A stretch of 64,000 nt of DNA from an uncultured delta proteobacterium (GCA_963808235.1 CAWEEQ010000004.1:3104001-3168000), one strand, 5' to 3'; positions 9,819 through 19,860 are shown, numbered from the stretch's first letter. The notes: a model not told the origin generated them from the sequence alone. Numbers and translations: made by a program.

Positions 9819-10513
9819 ATCGATTCACGCTCAAACTGTTCGCGACTCTTCGCGAGCGCGCCCACGCCGCCGAGCTGGTCCGCGAATTCCCCGACGGCAC
9901 GACGGTCGCGCAAATCTGGAAGCATCTGGTCGCCGAGTTTCCTGCGCTCGGCGGGCATCACGATTCGGTCGGCTTCGCCGTCAACCAGGAATACGTCGAG
10001 GGCGATTTCAAGCCGCGCCAGGGCGACGAGATCGCATTCATCCCGCCCGTGAGCGGTGGCACCGAGACATCGCGAGTCGGCACAATCACGATCGGCCGCA
10101 AACGTATCGACGTTGCCGCCCTTGAGCGCGAGGTCGCCGACCCTGCCGCAGGCGCGATCGTATCGTTCACCGGCACAACTCGCCGCGACAACGCAGGCCG
10201 CAAGGTGCTCCGCCTCGAGTACGAGGCTTACGAGCCGATGGCTCTCGCCGAGATGCGCAAGCTGGCGAGCGAGGCTGCCGAGCGATGGAAGCTCGTGCGC
10301 ATCGCGATCGCCCATCGCATCGGCGTCGTGGAAATCGGCGAGACGTCAGTAGCGATAGCGGTTTCCGCGGCGCATCGCGGAGAAGCATTCGAAGCCTGCC
10401 GATTCGCAATCGATCGGTTGAAGGAGATCGTACCGATCTGGAAGAAGGAATATTTCGAGGGTGGCGAAGTGTGGATCGGCTGCCAAACGTCGCATCCGCC
10501 AGCGGTCGAATGA
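9815..10513 (+). CDS. Fused molybdopterin synthase MoaD-MoaE (MoaX-like)
   Basis: LFATLRE...AVNQEY...IPPVSGG followed in frame by LEYEAYEPMA, HRIG, AAHR, LKEIVPIWKKE; ATGA overlap at 9815. Confidence 0.9.
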   Translation: MNRFTLKLFATLRERAHAAELVREFPDGTTVAQIWKHLVAEFPALGGHHDSVGFAVNQEYVEGDFKPRQGDEIAFIPPVSGGTETSRVGTITIGRKRIDVAALEREVADPAAGAIVSFTGTTRRDNAGRKVLRLEYEAYEPMALAEMRKLASEAAERWKLVRIAIAHRIGVVEIGETSVAIAVSAAHRGEAFEACRFAIDRLKEIVPIWKKEYFEGGEVWIGCQTSHPPAVE

Positions 10514-10606
10514 TGGCCGTAGATGCTTGCAAAAAATTCGGGCGTGCTGCACATCATCTGAAAAGAAAGATTGACCGGGCGGACAGCAACCAGTTACCTT
10601 GATAAG

Positions 10607-11547
10607 ATGGCGTTGAGCGTAACATTTGTCGAAAAGATCATCCTTGCCGAGCCGCGCGGCTTTTGCGCCGGCGTCGATCGCGCCGTCGAGGCCGTTCGCG
10701 GCGCGCTGCGTTCCTACGGCCGCCCGCTCTACGTGCGACATCAGATCGTGCATAACCGGTTTGTGCTCGAAGCCCTCGAGAAAGAAGGCGCGATTTTCGT
10801 CGAGAGCCTCGACGAGGTCCCCGAGGGCCAGCGCGTGATCTTCAGCGCCCACGGCGTCGCGCCCAGCGAATGGGACCGCGCCAAGGATCGCAAGCTCCGC
10901 GTTATCGACGCCACCTGCCCGCTGGTGACCAAGGTCCATCTCGAAGTCGAAAAGTATGACAACGAAGGCCGCACCGTGATCCTGATCGGCCATGCCGGCC
11001 ACGAGGAAGTGAAAGGCACTCTGGGAGTCGCGCCCGGCAAGGTCGTGCTGGTCGGCAGTGTCGACGAAGCGCGCACCGTGGAGGTCGAAAATCCCGAACG
11101 CATCGCCGCGGTCACACAGACCACGCTCAGCGTCGACGATACTCGCGACATCATGGATACGCTGAAGGAACGCTTCCCCGCGATGATCGCGCCCAAGACC
11201 GACGACATTTGCTACGCGACCCAGAATCGGCAGAACGCGGTCAAGGAACTCGTGCAGGTCACCGATGCGGTCCTCGTCGTCGGCTCGAAGCAGAGCTCCA
11301 ATGCGAACCGCCTGGTCGAAGTCGCCCGGATGCGCGGTGCGCGCGCGTTCCTGGTCGATTCGATTGCCGACGTCGAGCCCTCGATGCTCGACGGTGTGCG
11401 CGCGCTCGGACTCACCGCGAGCGCCTCTTCCCCGAATGGCTGGTCGAAGAAATTATCGGCGCGTTCGCCCGCTCCGGCGCGCAAGTCGAACTCCTGAGCG
11501 TCGCCAAGGAGCGCGTACATTTCCCACTCCCGATGCCGTCCGACTAG
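10607..11547 (+). CDS. ispH: 4-hydroxy-3-methylbut-2-enyl diphosphate reductase, frameshift near 11430
   Basis: PRGFCAGVDRA, IVHN, SAHG, DATCPLVTKVH, QTTLS, DICYATQNRQ, SSN; C-terminus PEWLVEEII...FPLP in another frame. Confidence 0.93.
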
Positions 11548-11563
11548 CGTCTAAATGTTTGCT

Positions 11564-11596
11564 CCCCTTCCCTCAAGGGAAGGGCCGGGGGTTAGG
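11564..11596 (+). repeat. Palindromic intergenic repeat, CCCCTTCCC..GGGAAGGG..GGGGTTAGG family
   Basis: Related copies at about 14046, 16790 and, reversed, 47345. Confidence 0.65.
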
Positions 11597-11710
11597 TTGC
11601 CCGGCTCCCGTACGCTCGCATCGCATCGCCTTGACAATTTCGCGCTATTGCCTAAAGGTTCATCCGGATTTCCCGCGGCCTGCGGCGAAACCATAAAAAG
11701 GAAGATACTG

Positions 11711-12571
11711 ATGCGAACAGCTATCGCGCGCGCGCTGCCAATGCTCCTCCTGCTGGCTATACCGGTGGTCAGCGGATGCCAGACCGAGGCGAAGAAGCAT
11801 CTCTACAAAGCCGAAGATCTGTTCGAAAAGCGCGACCTCGACGGCGCCAAAAAAGAATTGGAACTCTCGATCAAGGCTGATCCTAACAGTCTGGACGCGC
11901 ACAAGTCGCTCGCAAATATCGACGACGCGCTGGGTGATCAGGAAGGCGCCGCCCGCGAGTACGCGGCCGCATCGGCGCTCGATCCCACCGATCAGAAGCT
12001 CCTCGACAAGACCCGTCTCTACAAGCAGCTACAGGATCTCGCCAACTCTTCGGGCAAAGCGCTCGACGATATCAAGGCCGGAAAGGATGAGCAGGGAGTC
12101 GGCGAGCTGAAGGACGTGCTGGTTCAGACCAGGTTCGCCTCTGCCCGGGAAAAGGCGGTCGCCGCGCTCGCCGACGCGATCCCGATTATCGAGAAACAGG
12201 GCGACGATCAGATGCAGGCCAAGAAGTACTCGGACGCCGCCAACACTTATGAGCAGGGAGTGCGGGCCGCGATGCTGCTGTCGCGGGCGCGCAAGCTGGA
12301 TACACTGGGACCTGAGGCCGGGCCGCTGATGCATAAGGTCAACGAGGCGGCGAAAGCGGCGGGCACGCCGGACGCGACCTTCAAGCTGCTCAACGACGTG
12401 ATTGGCACCTATCCCGACGACAAGACCGCCAACCTCGAACTCGCGCAGGTCTATCTGCGCAAGTCGCCGCCTGATTACGACACCGCGGCGGATTTGGAAG
12501 AGCGCGGCGGCGCTCCTGACGACGAAGTTCGCAAACTTCGCGACGAAGCGAAGAAGCATCGCAAAAAGTGA
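11711..12571 (+). CDS. TPR-repeat lipoprotein
   Basis: Signal peptide with VSGC lipobox; helical TPR-like repeats (ADPNSLDAH, ALDPTD). Confidence 0.75.
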   Translation: MRTAIARALPMLLLLAIPVVSGCQTEAKKHLYKAEDLFEKRDLDGAKKELELSIKADPNSLDAHKSLANIDDALGDQEGAAREYAAASALDPTDQKLLDKTRLYKQLQDLANSSGKALDDIKAGKDEQGVGELKDVLVQTRFASAREKAVAALADAIPIIEKQGDDQMQAKKYSDAANTYEQGVRAAMLLSRARKLDTLGPEAGPLMHKVNEAAKAAGTPDATFKLLNDVIGTYPDDKTANLELAQVYLRKSPPDYDTAADLEERGGAPDDEVRKLRDEAKKHRKK

Positions 12572-12644
12572 TCGCCGCCGAGTCCCGCGCGCATCGACCG
12601 CCGCAAGCTGCGCGCTCGCGACACGGATGAAGTAGGGTCAGCCG

Positions 12645-13283
12645 ATGCGCCGGCGCGGCTATATCGCGGTCGAAGGGCCAATCGGAGTTGGCAAGACCAC
12701 TCTCGCACAGGCGCTCGCGCGCGAGCTCGGCGCCCGCCTCATGCTCGAGGACGCCGACAACAATCCCTTCCTGCCGCGCTTCTACCAGGACCCCGACAAG
12801 TACGCGTTTCCCGCCCAGCTCTACTTTCTGCTCACTCGGCACAGCCAGCAGCGCGAACTCAAGCAGCAGGATCTCTTCACGCAGGCGACCGTCGCCGATT
12901 ATTTGTTCGCCAAAGACAAAATTTTCGCCGCGATGAATCTTGCCCCCGACGAGCTCAAGCTCTACGACGGCGTCTACAAATTGCTCGACGCCGAGATGGC
13001 GAAGCCCGACCTGGTGGTCTACGTGCGCGCGACGATCGAGGTGCTCGCGGAGCGGCTGCGCAAACGCAACCGCAACTTCGAGCGCCATATCAGTTTCGAC
13101 TATCTCGAGCGCGTCTCCTCGGCGTATCGCGATTTCTTTTTCTACTACGACGAGGCGCCGCTGCTCGTCGTCGATACTTCGGAGATCGACTTCGTCGCAA
13201 ATCCTGAGGACCTCGGCGACCTGATTCGCGAGATCGATCGCGCCGGAACTGGCACCCAATATTTCGTCCCGCGCAAAAGCTGA
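12645..13283 (+). CDS. Deoxynucleoside kinase
   Basis: IAVEGPIGVGKTTLA P-loop, NPFLPRFY, QLYFLLTR, PDLVVY. Confidence 0.92.
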   Translation: MRRRGYIAVEGPIGVGKTTLAQALARELGARLMLEDADNNPFLPRFYQDPDKYAFPAQLYFLLTRHSQQRELKQQDLFTQATVADYLFAKDKIFAAMNLAPDELKLYDGVYKLLDAEMAKPDLVVYVRATIEVLAERLRKRNRNFERHISFDYLERVSSAYRDFFFYYDEAPLLVVDTSEIDFVANPEDLGDLIREIDRAGTGTQYFVPRKS

Positions 13284-13363
13284 AGCCCTTGACATAGAAG
13301 CGAAGAAATAGCGAAGATAGCTCCGCTCAAACTCCGCGTATCGAACAAGGAGGGTTAAATGCG

Positions 13364-13822
13364 ATGGTTAGTTGGAGCGTTTTCGAAAATGACGCGCCCG
13401 ATCTCGCCGAGGCGGGAAAAAAACTCCTCTACCAGTACGGCGTCGGCCTCGGCTTCCTGGCGACGCTCAGAAAGGACGGCGCCCCGCGCCTGCATCCGAT
13501 CTGCCCCACGGTCGTGGACGGCTGCCTTTATGCGCTCATCGGCCCGACTCCAAAACTCGCCGATTTAAAGCGCGACGGCCGCTACGCGCTCCACACTCTT
13601 CCGGGCGCCGAGGTTGACGACGAATTTCTCGTGATGGGCTGCGCGAAGTTCATCGACGATCCCGCCGTTGCCGACAAGGTGCGCAAGGACCTGGTCGCGC
13701 GAGGGATGACCAGCACCAACGATGAATGTCCGTTCGAGTTCGAAATCGAACGCGTGATGCACGCGAAATATCCGGGCGGTCACGGAACCTTGGCCCCGAA
13801 GTACTCAATCTGGAAAGGCTGA
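13364..13822 (+). CDS. Pyridoxamine 5'-phosphate oxidase-like (split-barrel) protein
   Basis: FLATLRKDGAPRLHP, KLADLKRDGRYALH; AAGGAGG RBS. Confidence 0.85.
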   Translation: MVSWSVFENDAPDLAEAGKKLLYQYGVGLGFLATLRKDGAPRLHPICPTVVDGCLYALIGPTPKLADLKRDGRYALHTLPGAEVDDEFLVMGCAKFIDDPAVADKVRKDLVARGMTSTNDECPFEFEIERVMHAKYPGGHGTLAPKYSIWKG

Positions 13823-13825
13823 TCC

Positions 13826-14290
13826 TAATAGCCTCTCCCTGACAGGAGACCTTTGCATAGCCGGTCGTAGTCGCCGCGTCCAATTTTGTCATTCTGAGCG
13901 CAGCGAAGAATCCCGGATCTTTCTCGGCGCGAAACACCTCGACGTTGCTTAGGGAATGCGAATATGCGCGGGCGCTCTCTCTGAGTTTTTCAGTTCTTAA
14001 CCGACTCCGAGCCCTCTCGTCGATTCGGGGCAACCCCACTCCGGTTCCCCTTCCACTAGAAGGGGTTAGGGGTTAGGTTTGCACGCATCGTTCGCAACGC
14101 ACGCACGCGATCTTTTTTTGTGTCATCCCGAGCGTAGCCGAGGGACCCCGGATCTTTCTCGGCGCGAAACACCTCGACTTCGCTTGGGGCACGCGTAGCC
14201 GAGCTGCTCCGAATCCAATTTGCAGTTATGCAAAGCTCTCCTGACAGGTAGAGGTCGCGCCGCGTCTTCGCGGCGCGGGTGAGAATCCGC
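13826..14290 (+). repeat. Cluster of REP-like palindromic elements
   Basis: GTCATTCTGAGCGCAGCGAAGAATCCCGGATCTTTCTC at 13888, GTCATCCCGAGCGTAGCCGAGGGACCCCGGATCTTTCTC at 14122, GAAGGGGTTAGGGGTTAGG near 14058, CCTGACAGG..GAG elements; all recur elsewhere in the window. Confidence 0.85.
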
Positions 14291-14304
14291 ATTCCAAATT
14301 CTGC

Positions 14305-14598
14305 CTACTCGTCGCGATCCCTAAACGCGATCTCGATATTATCCGCCAGCTTGAAGTCCTTGTCGGTCACGCCGCCCGCATCGTGCGTCGAGCAGGTGAA
14401 CGTGACACGCGTATAGTTGATCAGAATATCGGGATGATGGTCGGCGCCCTCGGCGATCTCGGCGACCTTCTGCACAAACTCGATCCCATGCAGGAATTCT
14501 TCGAACTTGAACGTTTTGCTGATGGCGTTGTCCTTGTACTTCCAGCCCGGCAACGTCTCCATCTTTTCCGCGATCTTCTCCGCACTGAGCTTCGCCAT
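14305..14598 (-). CDS. phhB: Pterin-4-alpha-carbinolamine dehydratase
   Basis: AEGADHHPDI, STHDAGGVTDKDF motifs; start moved to ATG 14598. Confidence 0.9.
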   Translation of the reverse strand: MAKLSAEKIAEKMETLPGWKYKDNAISKTFKFEEFLHGIEFVQKVAEIAEGADHHPDILINYTRVTFTCSTHDAGGVTDKDFKLADNIEIAFRDRDE

Positions 14599-14713
14599 TT
14601 TGGAATCCTCGGCTCCATCATAGTCCGGCGCGAGCGACACCCAAACTGTCGCGGGGTTATCTCCGGCACGCATAGCTGTGGTAAAAGATGCCCAGCCAGA
14701 CGTCGTTGAAAAA

Positions 14714-14783
14714 GATGCAGGTCATCCGAAAAACGCGAGGAGTGATGCACGTCATCTGAAAAAGATGCACATCATCTGAAAAA
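14714..14783. repeat. Three 20-bp direct repeats with GATG-N5-CATC dyad (putative operators)
   Basis: gatgcaggtcatccgaaaaa 14714, gatgcacgtcatctgaaaaa 14744, gatgcacatcatctgaaaaa 14764. Confidence 0.7.
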
Positions 14784-15232
14784 TGGCGAACAAATACGTT
14801 ACCGAGGAAGCGAAGAAACAAATCGGCAAAGTTTCCGAACCGCGCACCTATGAAGTCGAGCGCGGCGCGATCCGCCGGTTTGCCGAGGCGATCGGCGATC
14901 CGAATCCGCTCTTCAACAGCGAGCGCGAGGCGCGCAAGTCCCGCTTCGGCAGCATGATCGCGACTCCGACCTTCTGCCGTTCGATGGGCTCGCCGATCCC
15001 GGATATCAAGCTCGACATGAAGACCTTTCGCGGTCTCGACGGCGGCTCCGACTGGGAGTACCTGGTGCCGATTCGCCCCGGCGATCGAATTACGGTGCAA
15101 TCGAAGCTGGTGGACTTGCGCGAAGCCGCCGGCCGGCTCGGCCCGATGGTCTTCACAACCGTCGAAACCACGTACACCAACCAGTTCGGCGAAGTCTGCG
15201 TAATCCAGCGCTCAACTGGAATCCGCTACTAG
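14783..15232 (+). CDS. MaoC-type dehydratase N-terminal subunit (HadA-like)
   Basis: VERGAIRRFAEAIGDPNP, IATPTF, PIRPGD, YTNQFGE. Confidence 0.87.
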   Translation: MANKYVTEEAKKQIGKVSEPRTYEVERGAIRRFAEAIGDPNPLFNSEREARKSRFGSMIATPTFCRSMGSPIPDIKLDMKTFRGLDGGSDWEYLVPIRPGDRITVQSKLVDLREAAGRLGPMVFTTVETTYTNQFGEVCVIQRSTGIRY

Positions 15233-15252
15233 AAAAAACAAGGGCACTCACA

Positions 15253-15690
15253 ATGGCAAAGCAAACTTATTTCGAAGATGTAGAAGTTGGCACCGAAATC
15301 GGGCCTCTGGAAAAAGACCCAACAACTCAGCAACTGGTAAAATACGCGGGCGCGTCGGGCGATTTCTATCAGATCCACTACGACAAGGATTTCGCGCTCG
15401 GCAACGGACTTCCCGGCGTGATCCTGCACGGCGCGTTGAAGAACGGATTCCTCGGCCACTTGATGACCGACTTCGCCGGCGAGCATGGATGGCTCCGCAA
15501 ACTCGGCGTCCAATATCGCGGGATGGATCAGCCGGGAACTAAAGTGATCGCTCGCGGCAAGGTCTCAAAGAAATATACCGAAGGCAGCGATCACATGGTC
15601 GATTGCGAAATCTGGCTCGAAAACCATAAGGGCGAGAAGACCACTCCCGGCTCCGCCACGGTAATTCTACCCTCGCGCGGCGCGCGATAG
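15253..15690 (+). CDS. MaoC dehydratase catalytic subunit (HadB-like)
   Basis: YAGASGDFYQIHYD hydratase-2 motif, ILHG. Confidence 0.88.
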   Translation: MAKQTYFEDVEVGTEIGPLEKDPTTQQLVKYAGASGDFYQIHYDKDFALGNGLPGVILHGALKNGFLGHLMTDFAGEHGWLRKLGVQYRGMDQPGTKVIARGKVSKKYTEGSDHMVDCEIWLENHKGEKTTPGSATVILPSRGAR

Positions 15691-15697
15691 GGCGACG

Positions 15698-16462
15698 ATG
15701 CCGATCCGGCGCGAGTTTCTGCCGCGATCGTTGGACGCGTCCGCAATCCAGGAGGGCCGTGTCGATCAGCACTACGTCAAGGTGCTGATGCGGCTCCTCG
15801 CGGCGCACGCGATGGCGGAAAAGCTCACCGCGATCGGCTACCAGCGCGCGCTATCGACTATAGATAATCCGGCGCTCGCGCCGATCCTGGAAAAAAATTT
15901 CGTCGAAGAAAAAAAACATGCGCGGCTAGTCTACGACGCACTCGAAGAGATCGGGATGAGCCAGCAGGCGGCAGACCGCTCGATGATCATGGTGCTCAAG
16001 TCACCTTCCTTCGATGCGCCCAGCTACTTCGCGGGTAAAGCCACCGGCGAGCTCGACCTGTTGATGGCGTCGCTCAGTCTCGACACCACCGGACTAATCA
16101 TGATCGGCGTCAACTACAAGGATTCCAGCTACGCCCCGCACGCGCGCGCCGCCGATATAATTCTCGAAGAAGAGGCCGACCACGAAGTCTTCGCCTCGCG
16201 CCAACTAGGCGACGCGGTAGAACGTTTCGGCATCGACGCAGTGAACGCGGCCTTGCGAAACTGGATCCCGCGAGCAGTAAACTTCTTCGGCCCGCCGGGC
16301 ACCGGCTTCACCTACGACTGCATCCGCTACGGCCTGAAGACCCGCGACAACGAAGAACTGGCCGAACTATACACGACGATGATCGCCCGCCGCTGCGACC
16401 AACTAGGCCTCACGATGCCGCCGCTCACATCCGGATATCCCCACCACCTCGCCTTAACCTGA
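15698..16462 (+). CDS. Ferritin-like diiron protein (PaaA/PaaC/BoxB-like)
   Basis: Two ExxH motifs (EEKKH, EEADH), SSYAP, W.PRAVNFFG. Confidence 0.7.
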   Translation: MPIRREFLPRSLDASAIQEGRVDQHYVKVLMRLLAAHAMAEKLTAIGYQRALSTIDNPALAPILEKNFVEEKKHARLVYDALEEIGMSQQAADRSMIMVLKSPSFDAPSYFAGKATGELDLLMASLSLDTTGLIMIGVNYKDSSYAPHARAADIILEEEADHEVFASRQLGDAVERFGIDAVNAALRNWIPRAVNFFGPPGTGFTYDCIRYGLKTRDNEELAELYTTMIARRCDQLGLTMPPLTSGYPHHLALT

Positions 16463-16469
16463 CTGTCCC

Positions 16470-16980
16470 CCACATCTCCTTCGGGAGAGGTCGCCGCGCT
16501 ATTCGCGCAACGGGTGAGGGCGCACGACGCAAGCTCTCACTCAAACTCATAGTCCGCCCTCTCCGCCCAAGTTAGATCGTCCCGCAAGAAGTCCGTCGCC
16601 CCAGCGCCCGGTAAGCCGCAACCACGTCACTAACGATTTGGAATCCGCTCCCGTTGCGTACTTTTGTTTCCGTCATCTCAAGTTTTTGTGTTATCCCGAG
16701 CGAAGCCGAGGGACCCCGGATCTTTCTCAACGCCAACAACACCACGCCATCTCACTCACCAACCAATCATCCGACCCCCGCGCGATTGTTCCCCTTCCCA
16801 CATGGGAAGGGGTTAGGGGTTAGGTTTGCCGAGACTCGAGCACATTTCTCTCTTATTTTTTGGTTACCTCATTTTTGTGTCATTCTGAGCGCAGCGAAGA
16901 ACCCCGGATCTTTCTCGGCGTAAAACACCTGGACTTCGCTTGGGGCGCGCGTAGCCAAGCCGCTCCGAATCCAATGCTGA
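16470..16980 (+). repeat. Cluster of REP-like palindromic elements
   Basis: Elements at 16690, 16790 and 16879; the tail of 16879-16975 closely matches 14122-14218. Confidence 0.85.
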
Positions 16981-16983
16981 TCC

Positions 16984-17815
16984 TCAGCGCGATCCCTTCA
17001 CTCGTCCCCACTCGATTCGCGTCTGCACCGCGAAAGTGAGCATCCCCTTCCGCGCGTATGCCTGTTAGCAGCGCCGTCATCGCTGCGTCGAATTCAGCGC
17101 ACGCCTTCTCGCCAAGAACATCCTCCGACCACGTCGCGCGCGAATGCTGACAGCGCAGGTAATCCTCGATGCTCTGCGAGAACATGACCGGCGCGGAAAT
17201 CCGATGCTCAATTCGCTCGAACGCCGGATGCACCAGTATCGGCTCGGCAAATCGTTCGCTCACGGTCTTCCACCACTTCGGACGCCGTCCCTCGCGCGCG
17301 GCGACAAAGTCGATCATGAACGCGGTTTCTTCGCGCTCCCATGGCGCATCGACGGGAGCGTCTCCATCGAGCACCGCCAACATCGCGCCGTCGGCCAACG
17401 CATCGCCAAAGCGCGGCAGCACGCGATCGAGATCCATCCAATGGATACTCGATGCGGCCACGATCAACCCATAAGGCGGATCGAGCGAAGCATTCTCCAT
17501 CGTGGAGTGAATCCATCGGATTTTAAGGCTGTTCGCGCCCGCAAGAGAGCGCGCCACCCCTAGCATCGCCTCCGACGGATCCACCGCGTCAGCGCGATCG
17601 ACGTGATCGATCATGCCAAGCGTGATCTTCCCCGTGCCGCATCCCGCGTCAAGCAAAATCCGCGGACGCCCGCTCATCAGCTCCAGGAGCTTGTCATACA
17701 CCTCCGCCGGATAAGGAGGCCGAAACAAATAATTCTCCGCCATCCGCGCGGCAGAAAACCGCCGCCCCCGCGCCCGAAACGCCGCAACCTCGTCACTCAC
17801 GATTTCGGCATCCAT
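16984..17815 (-). CDS. Class I SAM-dependent methyltransferase, frameshift near 17063
   Basis: RPPYP, LDAGCGTG, VDPSEAML, SIHW; probable true end AYARKGMLTFAVQTRIEWG..TGA at 16984 in another frame. Confidence 0.85.
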
Positions 17816-17838
17816 TTCCTTGCGTCGATAGTTTTCGC

Positions 17839-17999
17839 GTCATCTCAAGTTTTCCCGTCATCTCAAGTTTTCCAGTCATCTCAAGTTTTCCGTCATCTCA
17901 AGTTTTTTCCGTCATCTCAAGTTTTTCCGTCATCTCAAGTTTTCCAGTCATTTCAAGTTTTTCCGTCATCTCAAGTTTTCCGTCATCTCAAGTCTTTGT
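17839..17999 (+). repeat. Tandem repeat, 9 copies of 17-19 bp GTCATCTCAAGT(T)nCC, abutting a REP-like element at 18000
   Basis: Units read directly at 17839, 17857, 17875, 17892, 17911, 17929, 17947, 17965, 17982. Confidence 0.95.
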
Positions 18000-18108
18000 G
18001 TCATCCCGAGCGAAGCCGAGGGACCCCGGATCTTTCTCAGTGCTTACCTCACCACGCCCTGCAGAGTCATCTCTATGTGCCAACACGATCTCCTCGCTCC
18101 CTCCGCCC

Positions 18109-19420
18109 TCACTCCTCCCCATCCATCGCCCGTACCGCCAACCCTCTCGCGACCGACGTAAACTCATCACCCATCCGAATTCTCTCCGCTCCGAATCTCT
18201 CCATAAAAATCCGCCGCACCGCCGGCACAAACGACGATCCTCCCGTCAAAAACACGCTGTCGATTCTCATCCGCCCCGATCGCAACCGCCTTCATCAACC
18301 GATCGACGCACTCCGCGATATGCCCCAAATAAGCGCGGATCCATCCCTCAAAATCCACCCGCGCCACAATCTCCTCGATCCGCACCGGCGGATCCGAAAA
18401 ATCGAACACTGTCGACTCAACGCCTGATAAATCGAGCTTGGTCTTTTCCACCGAACGAAACAAAAAATACCCGAGATCGTTCTCCACGATATGAATCAGC
18501 GCGCCGATCTTTTCCGGCTCGAACGATTCGCGCTTCAATTCTTCGAAACGGAGCATCGTGGCGCGCGCCTTCAGGAACGACAGGTAATGCCATCGTTCCA
18601 GCTTGGTGTACGGCCAGGTCGGCGCCGGCAACACCATCCCGTACGGCGAGCGGTATCGCGTGCCGCGGCCCAGCGCGGGCGCCACCAGATGACGCATCAC
18701 GCGGCCGTCGAACGCGTCGCCGGCGATTGCGACCCCGTCGTTGCCGAGGATTTCGTAGCGCGCCGCACCGTGCTTGGTCGCGGTGCGCGGTCGAAGGCGA
18801 AGCACCGAGAAGTCACTGGTCCCGCCGCCAAAGTCGGCAATCAGAACCGTCTCATCGCGCGCGATCCGCAGTGCGTAGTCATACGCCGCCGCAACCGGCT
18901 CGTACTCGAACGCCACGTCGCTCCATCCGGCGCGGCGAACTGCGATATCGAGACGGCTGCGCGCCAACGCCTCGTCGGGATTTCCGGCGGCCGCAAAATG
19001 CACCGGGCGGCCGACTACGATTCGCGGCGGCAACTCGCCGAATTGTGCGATCGCCGCGTCGCGCAGCGCCGAGATAATCGGCGCGATCAAGTCGCCGAGC
19101 GAATACATCTCGCCCATGATTTCGGTCGATTGAAACGATTTGTCCGCGAGAAACGACTTGAGCGATTGCACCAGACGCCCGTTGCCCCCGGCCGCCAGGT
19201 AGCGCCGAATTGCGTCGTTCCCGACCGCGACCGAAGCTTCCGTGCCGCCGGTTTCCTCCGGCGCCTCGAAGAACAGGATCGATCGGAATGTTTCCGTAAG
19301 CGCGCCACGCTCGGCATCGGGAAATTGCGCCAGGCGCGGCGCGCCCGCTTCGCCGACGATCGCGATCGCGCTGTTGGTGGTGCCGAAATCCAGACCGACC
19401 GCCCTTACTTTTTCGCTCAT
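18109..19420 (-). CDS. Hsp70 family protein (YegD-like), frameshift near 18265
   Basis: GLDFGTTNS, GRPVHF, EPVAAA, DFGGGTSDF; C-terminus IDSVFLTGGSSFVPAVR...DEFTSVARGLA in another frame. Confidence 0.9.
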
Positions 19421-19581
19421 CGGATCACTTTCCTCATGCGTTCACGATCGAGGGGATAGTGATCCTTGTCAACGTTGCGGGAACGGCATATGCTTGCCAA
19501 ACCCTCAGGATGACAACCGTCATCGATTCTGAAACTCGTCTCTAAGAAAAATTAACTCGCGGCGTCGTCAGCGGCGCGCGA

Positions 19582-19860
19582 TCAATACGCTTCGAAATTG
19601 TCCGAGTGGATCCGCGGATCGTCAGCGGCGATGCACTTCCCCGCCAACACGCGACTCTGCATCACAGAGTGGGTAACGTTCCCAGCAACGAGCACCGTCA
19701 GTTTATCAAGTTCCTTGCTGCACGCAGCGGCTGTGTCATAGGTACCAATAGTCTCCCACCGTGCAAGTGGAGCATTCTTCTCGACCAACTGGTGGTTTTG
19801 GGAAAGTGGCGGCATTATCAAGCACCAGCCCACAAGCGCCGCAAGGTGCCTTACATTCAT
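19582..19860 (-). CDS. Small secreted hypothetical protein
   Basis: Hydrophobic N-terminus (LAALVGWCLIMPP) and two Cys in the mature part; start uncertain. Confidence 0.6.
   Translation of the reverse strand: MNVRHLAALVGWCLIMPPLSQNHQLVEKNAPLARWETIGTYDTAAACSKELDKLTVLVAGNVTHSVMQSRVLAGKCIAADDPRIHSDNFEAY

Noticed and set aside
11400-11450. Programmed frameshifting in ispH, etf or the methyltransferases
   Set aside because: No slippery heptamers recognised; indels are widespread and often in short GC or homopolymer runs, typical of sequencing error
14058-14077. Telomere-like TTAGGG repeats
   Set aside because: Only two imperfect units, and part of a dispersed palindromic repeat family
17839-17999. 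CRISPR array
   Set aside because: Units are contiguous with no unique spacers, and there are no cas genes
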